Shown here in pieces: positions 1-6,611 of a stretch of DNA of 64,000 bases. The first letter of the stretch is position 1. Every line of letters begins with the position of its first letter. The stretch is from an uncultured virus (IMG/VR IMGVR_UViG_3300002835_000042). Lineage: Duplodnaviria > Heunggongvirae > Uroviricota > Caudoviricetes. The position numbers and the translations under genes are program-made. Location of the stretch: the IMG/VR virus record IMGVR_UViG_3300002835_000042. One strand, 5' to 3'. The notes under the pieces are model-generated. The model did no database searches, was not told the DNA's origin, and saw only the letters and a list, made by a program, of their open reading frames with translations.

Positions 1-77
1 GGAACGCTTGAGGCAGCATTAGATCTACGCAATTCCATAAGTCTGCGTAATTCCTCGGGCGTTTTCTTTTGTGTCAT
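1..77 (-). CDS. Small early protein, runs off the window edge (MTQKKTPEELRRLMELRRSNAASSV...)
   Basis: Hand translation; ATG 6 nt after the TAAGAT -10 element (leaderless). Confidence 0.65.
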   Translation of the reverse strand, partial: MTQKKTPEELRRLMELRRSNAASSV

Positions 78-83
78 AAACTA

Positions 84-124
84 ATCTTAGCAGACTTCAG
101 CAAAAATGTCAAAACGACACGCCG
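84..124 (-). promoter_or_regulatory. Sigma-70-type promoter TTGACA-N17-TAAGAT with CGGCGTGTCG box 2 nt upstream of the -35
   Basis: Read directly; same geometry at 2163-2203, 3528-3568 and 4695-4735. Confidence 0.8.
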
Positions 125-130
125 GGGCGC

Positions 131-595
131 CTACACGGCAATTAAGTGTCGTCTTTTTCTAGTAGTTGTTGGTGCAATTGCGTGATGCATTTTGCATAAC
201 ACTCTGCACTTTGCTATTTCTTGTTCTACAATTTCCCAAGGATACTTTTTGGTTTGTTGCAACATTGTAGAAACTGCTGCAAGTTTTAGTGTTGGGTTAA
301 TATGGTCAAGTTCAAGTTGTTTGTGGTCTGTAATTTTATACTCACAACCACCTTCCCACTCACAACCTTTACTCATTTTAATTCTTGCAACTTTTTGTCT
401 TCTAACATTTCCTACAACCACCATTTTTTTTGCAGCATTGTTTTTATATGTCTTGTTGCAGTATTCACACCAGATAGTTCCTTTTAGTTCTGGATGTTTT
501 TCTAGGTGCTTTTCTAAAACTATTTTGTGAGATTGAGATTGTGGAGTTATCTGAATCTCACAATATGTGCAGCGAACAATAGTATTATTACTCAT
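131..595 (-). CDS. HNH endonuclease with N-terminal zinc-finger motifs
   Basis: LELDHINP...EIAKCRVLCKMHH HNH-type core; CxxC...H motifs. Confidence 0.75.
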   Translation of the reverse strand: MSNNTIVRCTYCEIQITPQSQSHKIVLEKHLEKHPELKGTIWCEYCNKTYKNNAAKKMVVVGNVRRQKVARIKMSKGCEWEGGCEYKITDHKQLELDHINPTLKLAAVSTMLQQTKKYPWEIVEQEIAKCRVLCKMHHAIAPTTTRKRRHLIAV

Positions 596-830
596 ATGTT
601 TCTATAAAGACATACAAAGGAATTGAATCGGTGTATGAATAAGTGGCAAACTCTAACTCATCAAACTCATTCTTAGTCTGAATAGTCCAATTGTCTGCGG
701 TTGAATCACTTTCAATAAACATAACCTCAACAATGTCATCACCAACTTTAATTAAATCGCCAATCATTAACTGATCTGGCTTGAGTTCATCTGCATAAAT
801 TAGTTCCATGCTATTTATTGTATCAGACAT
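588..830 (-). CDS. Hypothetical acidic early protein
   Basis: ORF with GGAGGAAAG RBS before ATG 830; tightly packed operon. Confidence 0.7.
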   Translation of the reverse strand: MSDTINSMELIYADELKPDQLMIGDLIKVGDDIVEVMFIESDSTADNWTIQTKNEFDELEFATYSYTDSIPLYVFIETYE

Positions 831-831
831 T

Positions 832-1047
832 TTACTTTCCTCCAACTGTTCCGTTGCGATAAAAAATCTTGGTGTGCATTTTGCCACTAGGCTCTGAGAA
901 ATTATAGGTTGCGTATTCATCTGCGAATCCCCAATCTACAATTTTATTCCATTCTGATACTGCGCTAATTGCGTCTGAATAACGACCAACCCATTGTGGT
1001 GCAGTATCGTTATCATAGGTTGCGGTAATTGCGTATGAGTATTCCAT
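832..1047 (-). CDS. Hypothetical early protein
   Basis: ORF with AAAGGG RBS; operon packing. Confidence 0.7.
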   Translation of the reverse strand: MEYSYAITATYDNDTAPQWVGRYSDAISAVSEWNKIVDWGFADEYATYNFSEPSGKMHTKIFYRNGTVGGK

Positions 1048-1048
1048 T

Positions 1049-1345
1049 TTAGTATTCCCTTTCAATAAGCCACGCATTTAGGTGGTGTGATTCAATAATA
1101 GACCATGCGGGGGCAGTAGTCAAACCTCTCCAAGATACGCCTTGAGGTAGTGGTATTTCTAAGTCCCATAGTCCTAAGTCATTTACTGCGTCAATAGCCT
1201 CAATACAAGGTGCGACCATTTCTTTAGGCACTGGAGGATAGTGATTACTAGATAGGTGAATTGCTATCTGTGTTTCAATATCTAATTGGATACCTAATTC
1301 AGCAAGAGTTCCGTCTGCCATTTCATTAGCGAAATTACTTCCCAT
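1049..1345 (-). CDS. Hypothetical early protein (MGSNFANE...HLSSNHYPPVP)
   Basis: ORF with GGAGG RBS. Confidence 0.75.
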   Translation of the reverse strand: MGSNFANEMADGTLAELGIQLDIETQIAIHLSSNHYPPVPKEMVAPCIEAIDAVNDLGLWDLEIPLPQGVSWRGLTTAPAWSIIESHHLNAWLIEREY

Positions 1346-1346
1346 T

Positions 1347-1565
1347 TTAGTTAGCCTCCTTGCTTCCAAAGATAGCCAATTCAGGCTCACTTAGCAAACC
1401 ATTATCCCAAATAACATCTCCGTCATCATCAAGAATAATGTCATAAGTATTACACTCACAAGTTTCTGTGTCGTAGTCCTCGCCATTTCCCCAATAGAGG
1501 TGTCCTCTACCTTCGCAAATAAAACAAGAGCGAATTGCGCTTAGTGCGTAGTCTAGTTTATCCAT
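1347..1565 (-). CDS. Small zinc-binding protein (CxxCxGxG...CxC)
   Basis: CFICEGRG...CEC; paralog of 5118-5264; alternative leaderless start at 1586. Confidence 0.7.
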   Translation of the reverse strand: MDKLDYALSAIRSCFICEGRGHLYWGNGEDYDTETCECNTYDIILDDDGDVIWDNGLLSEPELAIFGSKEAN

Positions 1566-1592
1566 TTTTTCCTTCTTTCTGTTCATACTGAA

Positions 1593-1614
1593 ATCCTATC
1601 AGGTAGGGCTGACA
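1593..1614 (-). promoter_or_regulatory. Early promoter TGTCAG-N10-TAGGAT
   Basis: One of 7 copies of TGTCAG-N10-TANNNT upstream of early genes. Confidence 0.7.
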
Positions 1615-1634
1615 TTTTCAACCCTACCAAGCCC

Positions 1635-2132
1635 TTACCAAGACGAATGGTATGAAAAGGACAAATCGGACAATTCGGGTAGAGCAAGAATACGCTCTAA
1701 TTGCTCAATAGTATTCTCTAAATCTCTCCAATACCATTGGTCGATATCCGTTCCACCAAAGAAAAATCCTTCCTGTGGTGGCAATAGGCTAGGGTCTTTA
1801 TTTTCTAGCGAGTGCTTACAAATAGCAAGCAATTCAATTAGTTTATCTTGTGATACATAGTAATCACCGCAGTCGTCAATTCCTTTTTGAACATTTTTGA
1901 CAAACCAAGAGTGTATCTGATTAGCCTTGCGCCAATAAGCACAAGTGACTTCTACGCTTGCGCCATAGATATCTGTTGCGACATTGGATAACTGTGTTAG
2001 TTCCATTAGATTATTGAATTGCGGATATACCGCTTCAGGTGAGTCATAAGATAATTCATCATTATCTCTTAGTGCGTTCCAATTCACTTTTTCCAAGTGC
2101 TTCTTGGCTTGTAAATACATATCTAATCCCAT
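1635..2132 (-). CDS. Conserved phage hypothetical protein (MGLDMYL...YWRKANQIH...GFFFG...YHSSW family)
   Basis: Recognisable widespread phage family motifs; function unknown. Confidence 0.8.
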   Translation of the reverse strand: MGLDMYLQAKKHLEKVNWNALRDNDELSYDSPEAVYPQFNNLMELTQLSNVATDIYGASVEVTCAYWRKANQIHSWFVKNVQKGIDDCGDYYVSQDKLIELLAICKHSLENKDPSLLPPQEGFFFGGTDIDQWYWRDLENTIEQLERILALPELSDLSFSYHSSW

Positions 2133-2162
2133 TAGTTTTCCTTTCATTAGGTTTAGGCTTCT

Positions 2163-2272
2163 AGCCTATCATCTCCTACTGACATTTTCAATTCGACACG
2201 CCGTAAAATCTGGGGGAATCTTAAAATGTGTCGTAAATCACCCTGTGTATAACCCTGTGGAAGACACGCCGG
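2163..2272 (-). promoter_or_regulatory. Regulatory module A: TTGAAA-N17-TAGGCT promoter, CGACACGCCG, CRP-like box 2227-2242, DnaA-box-like pair 2244-2264, CCGG
   Basis: Motifs read directly; same order as modules B and C. Confidence 0.7.
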
Positions 2273-2281
2273 GATTTTTGT

Positions 2282-2304
2282 TGAGCAGTTTTAGATCATG
2301 CTCA
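2282..2304 (-). terminator. Hairpin TGAGCA-N11-TGCTCA at the end of an early operon
   Basis: Inverted repeat just after the stop of 2316-2417. Confidence 0.4.
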
Positions 2305-2315
2305 GGATTTGAAAA

Positions 2316-2417
2316 CTAGAATCCGTTTTCTTTTATATCTTGAATTGCTAATCGCAATAAATAAAATGTTGAAATTAGCAAAGCAAGTTGCACTAGTGTT
2401 GTTAGAAATCTGCTCAT
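2316..2417 (-). CDS. 33-aa hydrophobic (single TM) peptide MSRFLTTLVQLALLISTFYLLRLAIQDIKENGF
   Basis: Hand translation; ATGA overlap with the upstream gene. Confidence 0.6.
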   Translation of the reverse strand: MSRFLTTLVQLALLISTFYLLRLAIQDIKENGF

Positions 2418-2614
2418 GCGTCTACCTCAATTTTTTTGTAGCAAGCAAGAGCAAATTTATTTGCGTCAAATCTTTCATTATCACTTTCAAACATTAGAGA
2501 AAATTCATCTACTAAGTCAGCAAATAACATTTCTCCTTGTTCATCAAAAACAGATGTAGCAAAATAATTGCTAAGAATTTCAGCAGTTTTGACATAGTCT
2601 TTTCGTGTCATCAT
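2414..2614 (-). CDS. Hypothetical phage protein (MTRKDY...DNERFD..KF..AC family)
   Basis: ORF; recurrent small phage family motif. Confidence 0.75.
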   Translation of the reverse strand: MMTRKDYVKTAEILSNYFATSVFDEQGEMLFADLVDEFSLMFESDNERFDANKFALACYKKIEVDA

Positions 2615-2703
2615 TTATGATTACACTCGCTTTCTATTTCGTGTCCAAATTCATCTACTAATTCCTCGTAGATTTCATCAAGGTAGTCTAAGTAATCGCT
2701 CAT
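2611..2703 (-). CDS. 30-aa acidic peptide MSDYLDYLDEIYEELVDEFGHEIESECNHK
   Basis: Hand translation; start/stop overlaps at both ends. Confidence 0.6.
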   Translation of the reverse strand: MSDYLDYLDEIYEELVDEFGHEIESECNHK

Positions 2704-2909
2704 TATTCGGCCACCTTTAGGACCGCCCACGAATTGCCTTTATTTACTTCATCAAGAGCAGGCTTTAGAGCAGGCGCTATCAATTCTTTTAGCAGACTTT
2801 CAAGAAAGTGAATTTGCACTTCACTATCTAATTGTAAAAGTTGCATAGCAGTTGGATGAGTTTCATCTACCTCAGTTATGAAGTGGAGAGAGTGTTGAAT
2901 TGTTTTCAT
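2703..2909 (-). CDS. Hypothetical early protein
   Basis: ORF with AGGA RBS. Confidence 0.65.
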   Translation of the reverse strand: MKTIQHSLHFITEVDETHPTAMQLLQLDSEVQIHFLESLLKELIAPALKPALDEVNKGNSWAVLKVAE

Positions 2910-2929
2910 TTATTTTATTTCCTATTCGT

Positions 2930-3121
2930 TTAGTTTGAGGGGATAAGTGTGCCACGAAGTGTGCCACGAATTGAGAGAGAGTCACAAGCGACCTTGACAG
3001 ATACGCCAACGGGTAATTGTGTTGGGTAAGTTGAGATGAATTGAGCAACCGCACCCTTAGAGGCAAGGTTGATTTTTTTAGTAGAACCATTGAAGGTTTC
3101 TAGTGTTATAGTGTAAGTCAT
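2930..3121 (-). CDS. Hypothetical early protein (paralog of 5265-5453)
   Basis: ORF after a promoter, with GAAAGGAAG RBS. Confidence 0.7.
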   Translation of the reverse strand: MTYTITLETFNGSTKKINLASKGAVAQFISTYPTQLPVGVSVKVACDSLSIRGTLRGTLIPSN

Positions 3122-3153
3122 TTTTGACTTCCTTTCGTTTGTTTGTTTAGATA

Positions 3154-3175
3154 AGTATAACAGAGGGGGCTGACA
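3154..3175 (-). promoter_or_regulatory. Early promoter TGTCAG-N10-TATACT
   Basis: Repeated motif. Confidence 0.7.
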
Positions 3176-3176
3176 A

Positions 3177-3386
3177 TTAGTCAGACACCCTGACCGCTAA
3201 AATTCGGTAGGTATCTTTCAACCCTAGAGGGTGTGAATAGTGAGGGCGAACCTGAACACGATAACTTTCGCAGTCCGCATACCAGACATCAGACTTTTCG
3301 GCTGAGATGATTTCACCCTTTAGAGTTTTTGAGTGATAAGTTTTTCCTACAAGTAGGCTTTCGATAGTATAGACATTTGCTGACAT
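3177..3386 (-). CDS. Hypothetical early protein (paralog of 4089-4286)
   Basis: YTIESLLVGKTY...GEI versus YSIPDLLVGQTY...GEI. Confidence 0.7.
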   Translation of the reverse strand: MSANVYTIESLLVGKTYHSKTLKGEIISAEKSDVWYADCESYRVQVRPHYSHPLGLKDTYRILAVRVSD

Positions 3387-3418
3387 AGTGTCACTTCCTT
3401 TTTTTTCTTTAGATAGTA

Positions 3419-3440
3419 AGTATAACATTTTTGGCTGACA
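3419..3440 (-). promoter_or_regulatory. Early promoter TGTCAG-N10-TATACT
   Basis: Repeated motif. Confidence 0.7.
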
Positions 3441-3478
3441 TTATCAAATCCAAATTCGGACATTTCCGACATTTTGAA

Positions 3479-3494
3479 TGTGAATTACATCACA
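3479..3494. promoter_or_regulatory. Perfect CRP-family palindrome TGTGA-N6-TCACA
   Basis: TGTGAATTACATCACA. Confidence 0.6.
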
Positions 3495-3527
3495 CGATTT
3501 TTGTTATTTATTTAATTGTATAAGAGA

Positions 3528-3636
3528 ATACTACCAGATAAATCTCAAAAAGTCAAGGCGACACGCCGTAAATTGGAGATTTATTTATGTGACCTTAAAC
3601 ACACTATGCCTGTGGATAACTTGTGGAAAACCCCGG
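3528..3636 (-). promoter_or_regulatory. Regulatory module B: TTGACT-N17-TAGTAT promoter, CGACACGCCG, CRP-like box 3588-3603, DnaA boxes 3611-3619 and 3622-3630, CCGG
   Basis: TGTGGATAA and TGTGGAAAA are reverse complements of TTWTNCACA. Confidence 0.75.
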
Positions 3637-3640
3637 CATT

Positions 3641-3671
3641 TTTGCAATTTTATTTTGCAAAAACTTTTTTT
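3641..3671 (-). terminator. Hairpin TTTGCAA...TTGCAAA at the end of an operon
   Basis: Inverted repeat just after the stop of 3674-3820. Confidence 0.4.
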
Positions 3672-3673
3672 AT

Positions 3674-3820
3674 TTATTCAACAACATCTAAAATTTCAAA
3701 TGCGTCAAATTTTTCTAATTCGCTATCAGGCAAATTTCGCAAAGATTTTTGTAGCGCAAAGTACGCATCTAAATCTGTTTCAACATCAGCGATGTATGAA
3801 ATCAAAATATTCTTTTTCAT
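3674..3820 (-). CDS. 48-aa acidic protein MKKNILISYIADVETDLDAYFALQKSLRNLPDSELEKFDAFEILDVVE
   Basis: Hand translation; GAGGAG RBS. Confidence 0.6.
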   Translation of the reverse strand: MKKNILISYIADVETDLDAYFALQKSLRNLPDSELEKFDAFEILDVVE

Positions 3821-3913
3821 TTATTTATTCTCCTCAATTTCATCTAGTAATTCCCAAAGTATTGGCTCTAATTCTTTAGCAGCAAGATCAAGTTTTTCTT
3901 GTAAGTTTTTCAT
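3821..3913 (-). CDS. 30-aa peptide MKNLQEKLDLAAKELEPILWELLDEIEENK
   Basis: Hand translation; ATGA overlap. Confidence 0.55.
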   Translation of the reverse strand: MKNLQEKLDLAAKELEPILWELLDEIEENK

Positions 3914-4089
3914 AGTGGCAAAATCTCTTTTCCGTATTGTTCTACTGCGTCATACAAACCCATTATTCCTTTATAGTCTTTACATCTTGGGCAAAACCTA
4001 TTCCACCCATCTGTCAATACTGAGCAAAACACGCAAATGTTATCCATTACGCAATAGTCATTTTCTATAAGATAATCCATTGTATTCAT
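3910..4089 (-). CDS. 59-aa zinc-ribbon protein (CVFC...CPRC)
   Basis: Hand translation; TAATG coupling with the upstream gene. Confidence 0.65.
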   Translation of the reverse strand: MNTMDYLIENDYCVMDNICVFCSVLTDGWNRFCPRCKDYKGIMGLYDAVEQYGKEILPL

Positions 4090-4286
4090 TACTCACCAAC
4101 CCTAACGGCAATAGTAGCCCAACGATTACCATTGAAGCGAATTGCGTAGGCTTCATAGTCGCCATACAAATAGATGTCATCTCGCTTGGTAGCGTAGTTG
4201 ATTTCTCCGTATTGGTATTTACGAGCAAGAGAGCGGGGATAATAAGTCTGACCTACAAGCAGGTCGGGAATTGAATAAGTTTTCAT
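4089..4286 (-). CDS. Hypothetical early protein
   Basis: ORF with GAAAGG RBS; paralog of 3177-3386. Confidence 0.7.
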   Translation of the reverse strand: MKTYSIPDLLVGQTYYPRSLARKYQYGEINYATKRDDIYLYGDYEAYAIRFNGNRWATIAVRVGE

Positions 4287-4312
4287 TTAGTTTTACCTTT
4301 CTTTAGTAAATA

Positions 4313-4334
4313 ATTCTAGCAGAGGGGGCTGACA
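4313..4334 (-). promoter_or_regulatory. Early promoter TGTCAG-N10-TAGAAT
   Basis: Repeated motif. Confidence 0.7.
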
Positions 4335-4335
4335 T

Positions 4336-4536
4336 TTAGGCTTGGCAAGAACCGCTAAGGGACTTCCAAGCAGACCAACCGCTTAGGCGATCTGGGTCAT
4401 CAAGCCAAAAGGCTGAGATATCTAGCCCGCATTTAGCGCAGGTAGCATATCTATCCCACTCATCAGAAATGATAGAGTTAGGAATAGCAGAGTGGGTAGA
4501 GAACCCTAATTTAGTTAGTAGTGTTTGTTCGTTCAT
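4336..4536 (-). CDS. Small CxxC protein (paralog of 4945-5121)
   Basis: H...YATCAKC...I...DDPD...W..W. Confidence 0.65.
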   Translation of the reverse strand: MNEQTLLTKLGFSTHSAIPNSIISDEWDRYATCAKCGLDISAFWLDDPDRLSGWSAWKSLSGSCQA

Positions 4537-4571
4537 TTTAGAACCAACCTTTCTTTTTTCTTTATGTAGCA

Positions 4572-4593
4572 AGTCTAGCAGAGGGGTCTGACA
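4572..4593 (-). promoter_or_regulatory. Early promoter TGTCAG-N10-TAGACT
   Basis: Repeated motif. Confidence 0.7.
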
Positions 4594-4688
4594 AATCGGG
4601 GCATTTATTCGCTAGGCTCACTGTGATTTATCTCACATTTATTTGCTAGGCTCACTGCCCGATTTATCCCTTATTTAGTTTTTCTTAC
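4593..4688 (-). ncRNA. Candidate structured non-coding RNA with two 22-nt direct repeats inside an inverted repeat
   Basis: Downstream of promoter 4695-4723, no evident ORF; repeats 4602-4623 and 4636-4657; stem 4593-4600/4658-4665. Confidence 0.4.
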
Positions 4689-4694
4689 TCCGTA

Positions 4695-4792
4695 AGTCTA
4701 ACATAAAAATCTCAAAAAAGCAAATCGACACGCCGTATCTTAAGTGTGTTTCTTATCACATTAGTTATACACAGGTTATCCACAGGTGCCGG
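4695..4792 (-). promoter_or_regulatory. Regulatory module C: TTGCTT-N17-TAGACT promoter, CGACACGCCG, CRP-like box 4745-4760, DnaA boxes 4765-4773 and 4776-4784, CCGG
   Basis: TTATACACA-GG-TTATCCACA read directly. Confidence 0.75.
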
Positions 4793-4806
4793 GGTTTTTG
4801 AAATTC

Positions 4807-4896
4807 GGACATTCTGGACATGTGATGCTTATCACAAAAATAGTTTTGCGACACGCCCGAGAAACAGGCCAAAATGTCAGTGGTCTGTGTTAGACT
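4807..4896 (+). promoter_or_regulatory. Rightward early promoter region: GGACA-N4-GGACA, perfect CRP-type box 4821-4836, CGACACGCC 4849-4857, TGTCAG-N10-TAGACT 4875-4896
   Basis: Motifs read directly. Confidence 0.7.
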
Positions 4897-4944
4897 TACA
4901 GTAGTAAGAAAGTGAGAAACTCTCACTAAGAAAGGTGGTCTAAA

Positions 4945-5121
4945 ATGACTACACTAAACACAATGTGCAAAGAGCACACTCCATTCGTTCCTGCTATCTC
5001 CAATGTAGGAGATGAACAATACACTTTCTGTATGGATTGTGAAAATAACATTGAGCGCTATTACTATGATGGCGACCCTGAGCAACTCCCTATGTGGACA
5101 GATTGGTATGTGTCTAAATGA
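4945..5121 (+). CDS. 58-aa CxxC protein (MTTLNTMCKEH...FCMDC...W)
   Basis: Hand translation; GAAAGGTGG RBS. Confidence 0.7.
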   Translation: MTTLNTMCKEHTPFVPAISNVGDEQYTFCMDCENNIERYYYDGDPEQLPMWTDWYVSK

Positions 5122-5264
5122 TAAACTCAGTACTAACAATAGATTGCTCTACTTGTCATGGCAGAGGATTAGTTTTCTTTGGTGATGAGAATGATTACTC
5201 AGTAGAACCATGTCAATGCGTGGATACAAAAAATGACGGAATAGAATTAGATTGGAATAACTAA
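5118..5264 (+). CDS. 48-aa zinc-binding protein (CSTCHGRG...CQC)
   Basis: Hand translation; ATGA overlap; paralog of 1347-1565. Confidence 0.7.
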   Translation: MINSVLTIDCSTCHGRGLVFFGDENDYSVEPCQCVDTKNDGIELDWNN

Positions 5265-5453
5265 ATGATAAATGTAACACTAACAACAACAACAGGCTCC
5301 ACTAAGGGCATGAGTTTTGACACTAAGGGGGATGTACTGGTATTCATTGAGAAGATGACCCACGCACTACCCATTGGAACAGTGTTGAACATAGACGCAC
5401 CACTCATTGGAATCCATAGTGGCTGGATACAAGGTAAAAAAATAAACAACTAA
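5265..5453 (+). CDS. Hypothetical early protein
   Basis: Paralog of 2930-3121. Confidence 0.7.
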   Translation: MINVTLTTTTGSTKGMSFDTKGDVLVFIEKMTHALPIGTVLNIDAPLIGIHSGWIQGKKINN

Positions 5454-5456
5454 ACA

Positions 5457-5491
5457 AAAAGATAGTGGGTCTATGGGCTCACTATTTTTTT
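5457..5491 (+). terminator. Rho-independent terminator
   Basis: ATAGTGGGTC-TATG-GGCTCACTAT followed by a T-run. Confidence 0.75.
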
Positions 5492-5596
5492 TGATCATTT
5501 TCTGTTTATTTATGTATCATACATCTAAACAAAATATTCAGATTTTGTGGTATATGGGTTTTACAATTTTTTTCAGATTTACTGTATAATAGAATC

Positions 5597-5926
5597 ATGA
5601 AACTTACAGAGCAAGCAATCAAAAAAGTGGCGGAACTTATAAAAGAAAACCAAATAACTATGCCAGATAGACCACTATTTCTAAGACTAGCAGTTCAGCC
5701 TGGAGGATGCTCTGGTTTGAGATATCAGACATATTTTGACTATGAGACTAAAGATGGAGACGAACTAGTAAGATATAAAGACTTTGATATACGCATAGAC
5801 AAGATGTCTTGGCCTTATCTTGATGGATCCTCAATGGACTTTGTAAACACTATCGAGAAACAGGGTTTTACCATAGATAACCCTAATGCTGCTGGTGGAT
5901 GTGCTTGTGGAGACTCTTTTAACTAA
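5597..5926 (+). CDS. iscA: A-type Fe-S cluster carrier (IscA/ErpA/HesB family)
   Basis: GGCSG and CACGDSF motifs. Confidence 0.95.
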   Translation: MKLTEQAIKKVAELIKENQITMPDRPLFLRLAVQPGGCSGLRYQTYFDYETKDGDELVRYKDFDIRIDKMSWPYLDGSSMDFVNTIEKQGFTIDNPNAAGGCACGDSFN

Positions 5927-5944
5927 TTGTGATATAATGGATTC

Positions 5945-6055
5945 ATGACCGAAACCGCATATGATGGACCAATGTGTTGCGAAGCATGTACATGCACAAC
6001 ATCACACAGTTCAAAGCCACCTGTAGATACACCACTAGCAGACACAGAGGAATAA
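5945..6055 (+). CDS. 36-aa Cys peptide MTETAYDGPMCCEACTCTTSHSSKPPVDTPLADTEE
   Basis: Hand translation; ATG 6 nt after TGATATAAT. Confidence 0.6.
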   Translation: MTETAYDGPMCCEACTCTTSHSSKPPVDTPLADTEE

Positions 6056-6056
6056 C

Positions 6057-6254
6057 ATGGGTATAGGGTTTTTTGATAACTTAGAAAACGCCTGGGATGA
6101 AAATTTATCTTTAGAATCAAAACCTATGCCAGTAACAGATAACATGGGTAGAGAAAAATTTTGGGAAGACTTAGGAAGACCAGAATATGAAAACCTGGCA
6201 GTAAAAATATTTTCAGAAACATGCTGCACAGATTGTAGTTGCAAAAATGGATAG
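6057..6254 (+). CDS. Small protein with C-terminal CCTDCSC
   Basis: ORF with GAGG RBS. Confidence 0.65.
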   Translation: MGIGFFDNLENAWDENLSLESKPMPVTDNMGREKFWEDLGRPEYENLAVKIFSETCCTDCSCKNG

Positions 6255-6417
6255 CGATCAACAAAAATTAACTGTAGAGCAAGCACAAGCAATTTTGCTT
6301 TTTCAAATTGAGCAAAAACTCAGGGCACAAATAGCAAAACAAGTTGAGAATAAATTCCACGGTATGTATCATAACGCATCACACGCTATAGCACAATTTA
6401 TCCGTAATAGCGCTTAG
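6247..6417 (+). CDS. 56-aa hypothetical protein (MDSDQQKLTVEQAQAILLFQIE...)
   Basis: Hand translation; overlaps the upstream stop. Confidence 0.55.
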   Translation: MDSDQQKLTVEQAQAILLFQIEQKLRAQIAKQVENKFHGMYHNASHAIAQFIRNSA

Positions 6418-6611
6418 TCTTCTACTAACTCCCACATACGAATATCTACAAACCCATATCTAGATAGGTCCGCTAACTCTTGTGTGTCTGCTTCAATAAC
6501 AAGTCTGATATTTGACTCAATGTCAAAACCTGGTTTGTACTCCGTCTTGGCATTTGCTAAATAGGTTTCTTTAACCTTCTCAAGAATCGGACGGTATTGA
6601 TACTTAGGCAA
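6414..6611 (-). CDS. Hypothetical protein
   Basis: ORF in the minus-strand operon, GGAG RBS. Confidence 0.55.
   Translation of the reverse strand: MPKYQYRPILEKVKETYLANAKTEYKPGFDIESNIRLVIEADTQELADLSRYGFVDIRMWELVED

Noticed and set aside
2948..2971. Short direct repeat GTGCCACGAA twice
   Set aside because: Encodes RGTLRGTL within a gene; no other copies noticed
3516..4274. Plus-strand ORFs of 184, 96 and 64 aa
   Set aside because: Overlap coupled minus-strand genes that have an RBS and promoters
4602..4657. Possible mini-CRISPR array
   Set aside because: Only two 22-nt repeats with a 12-nt spacer and no cas genes; kept as an ncRNA candidate
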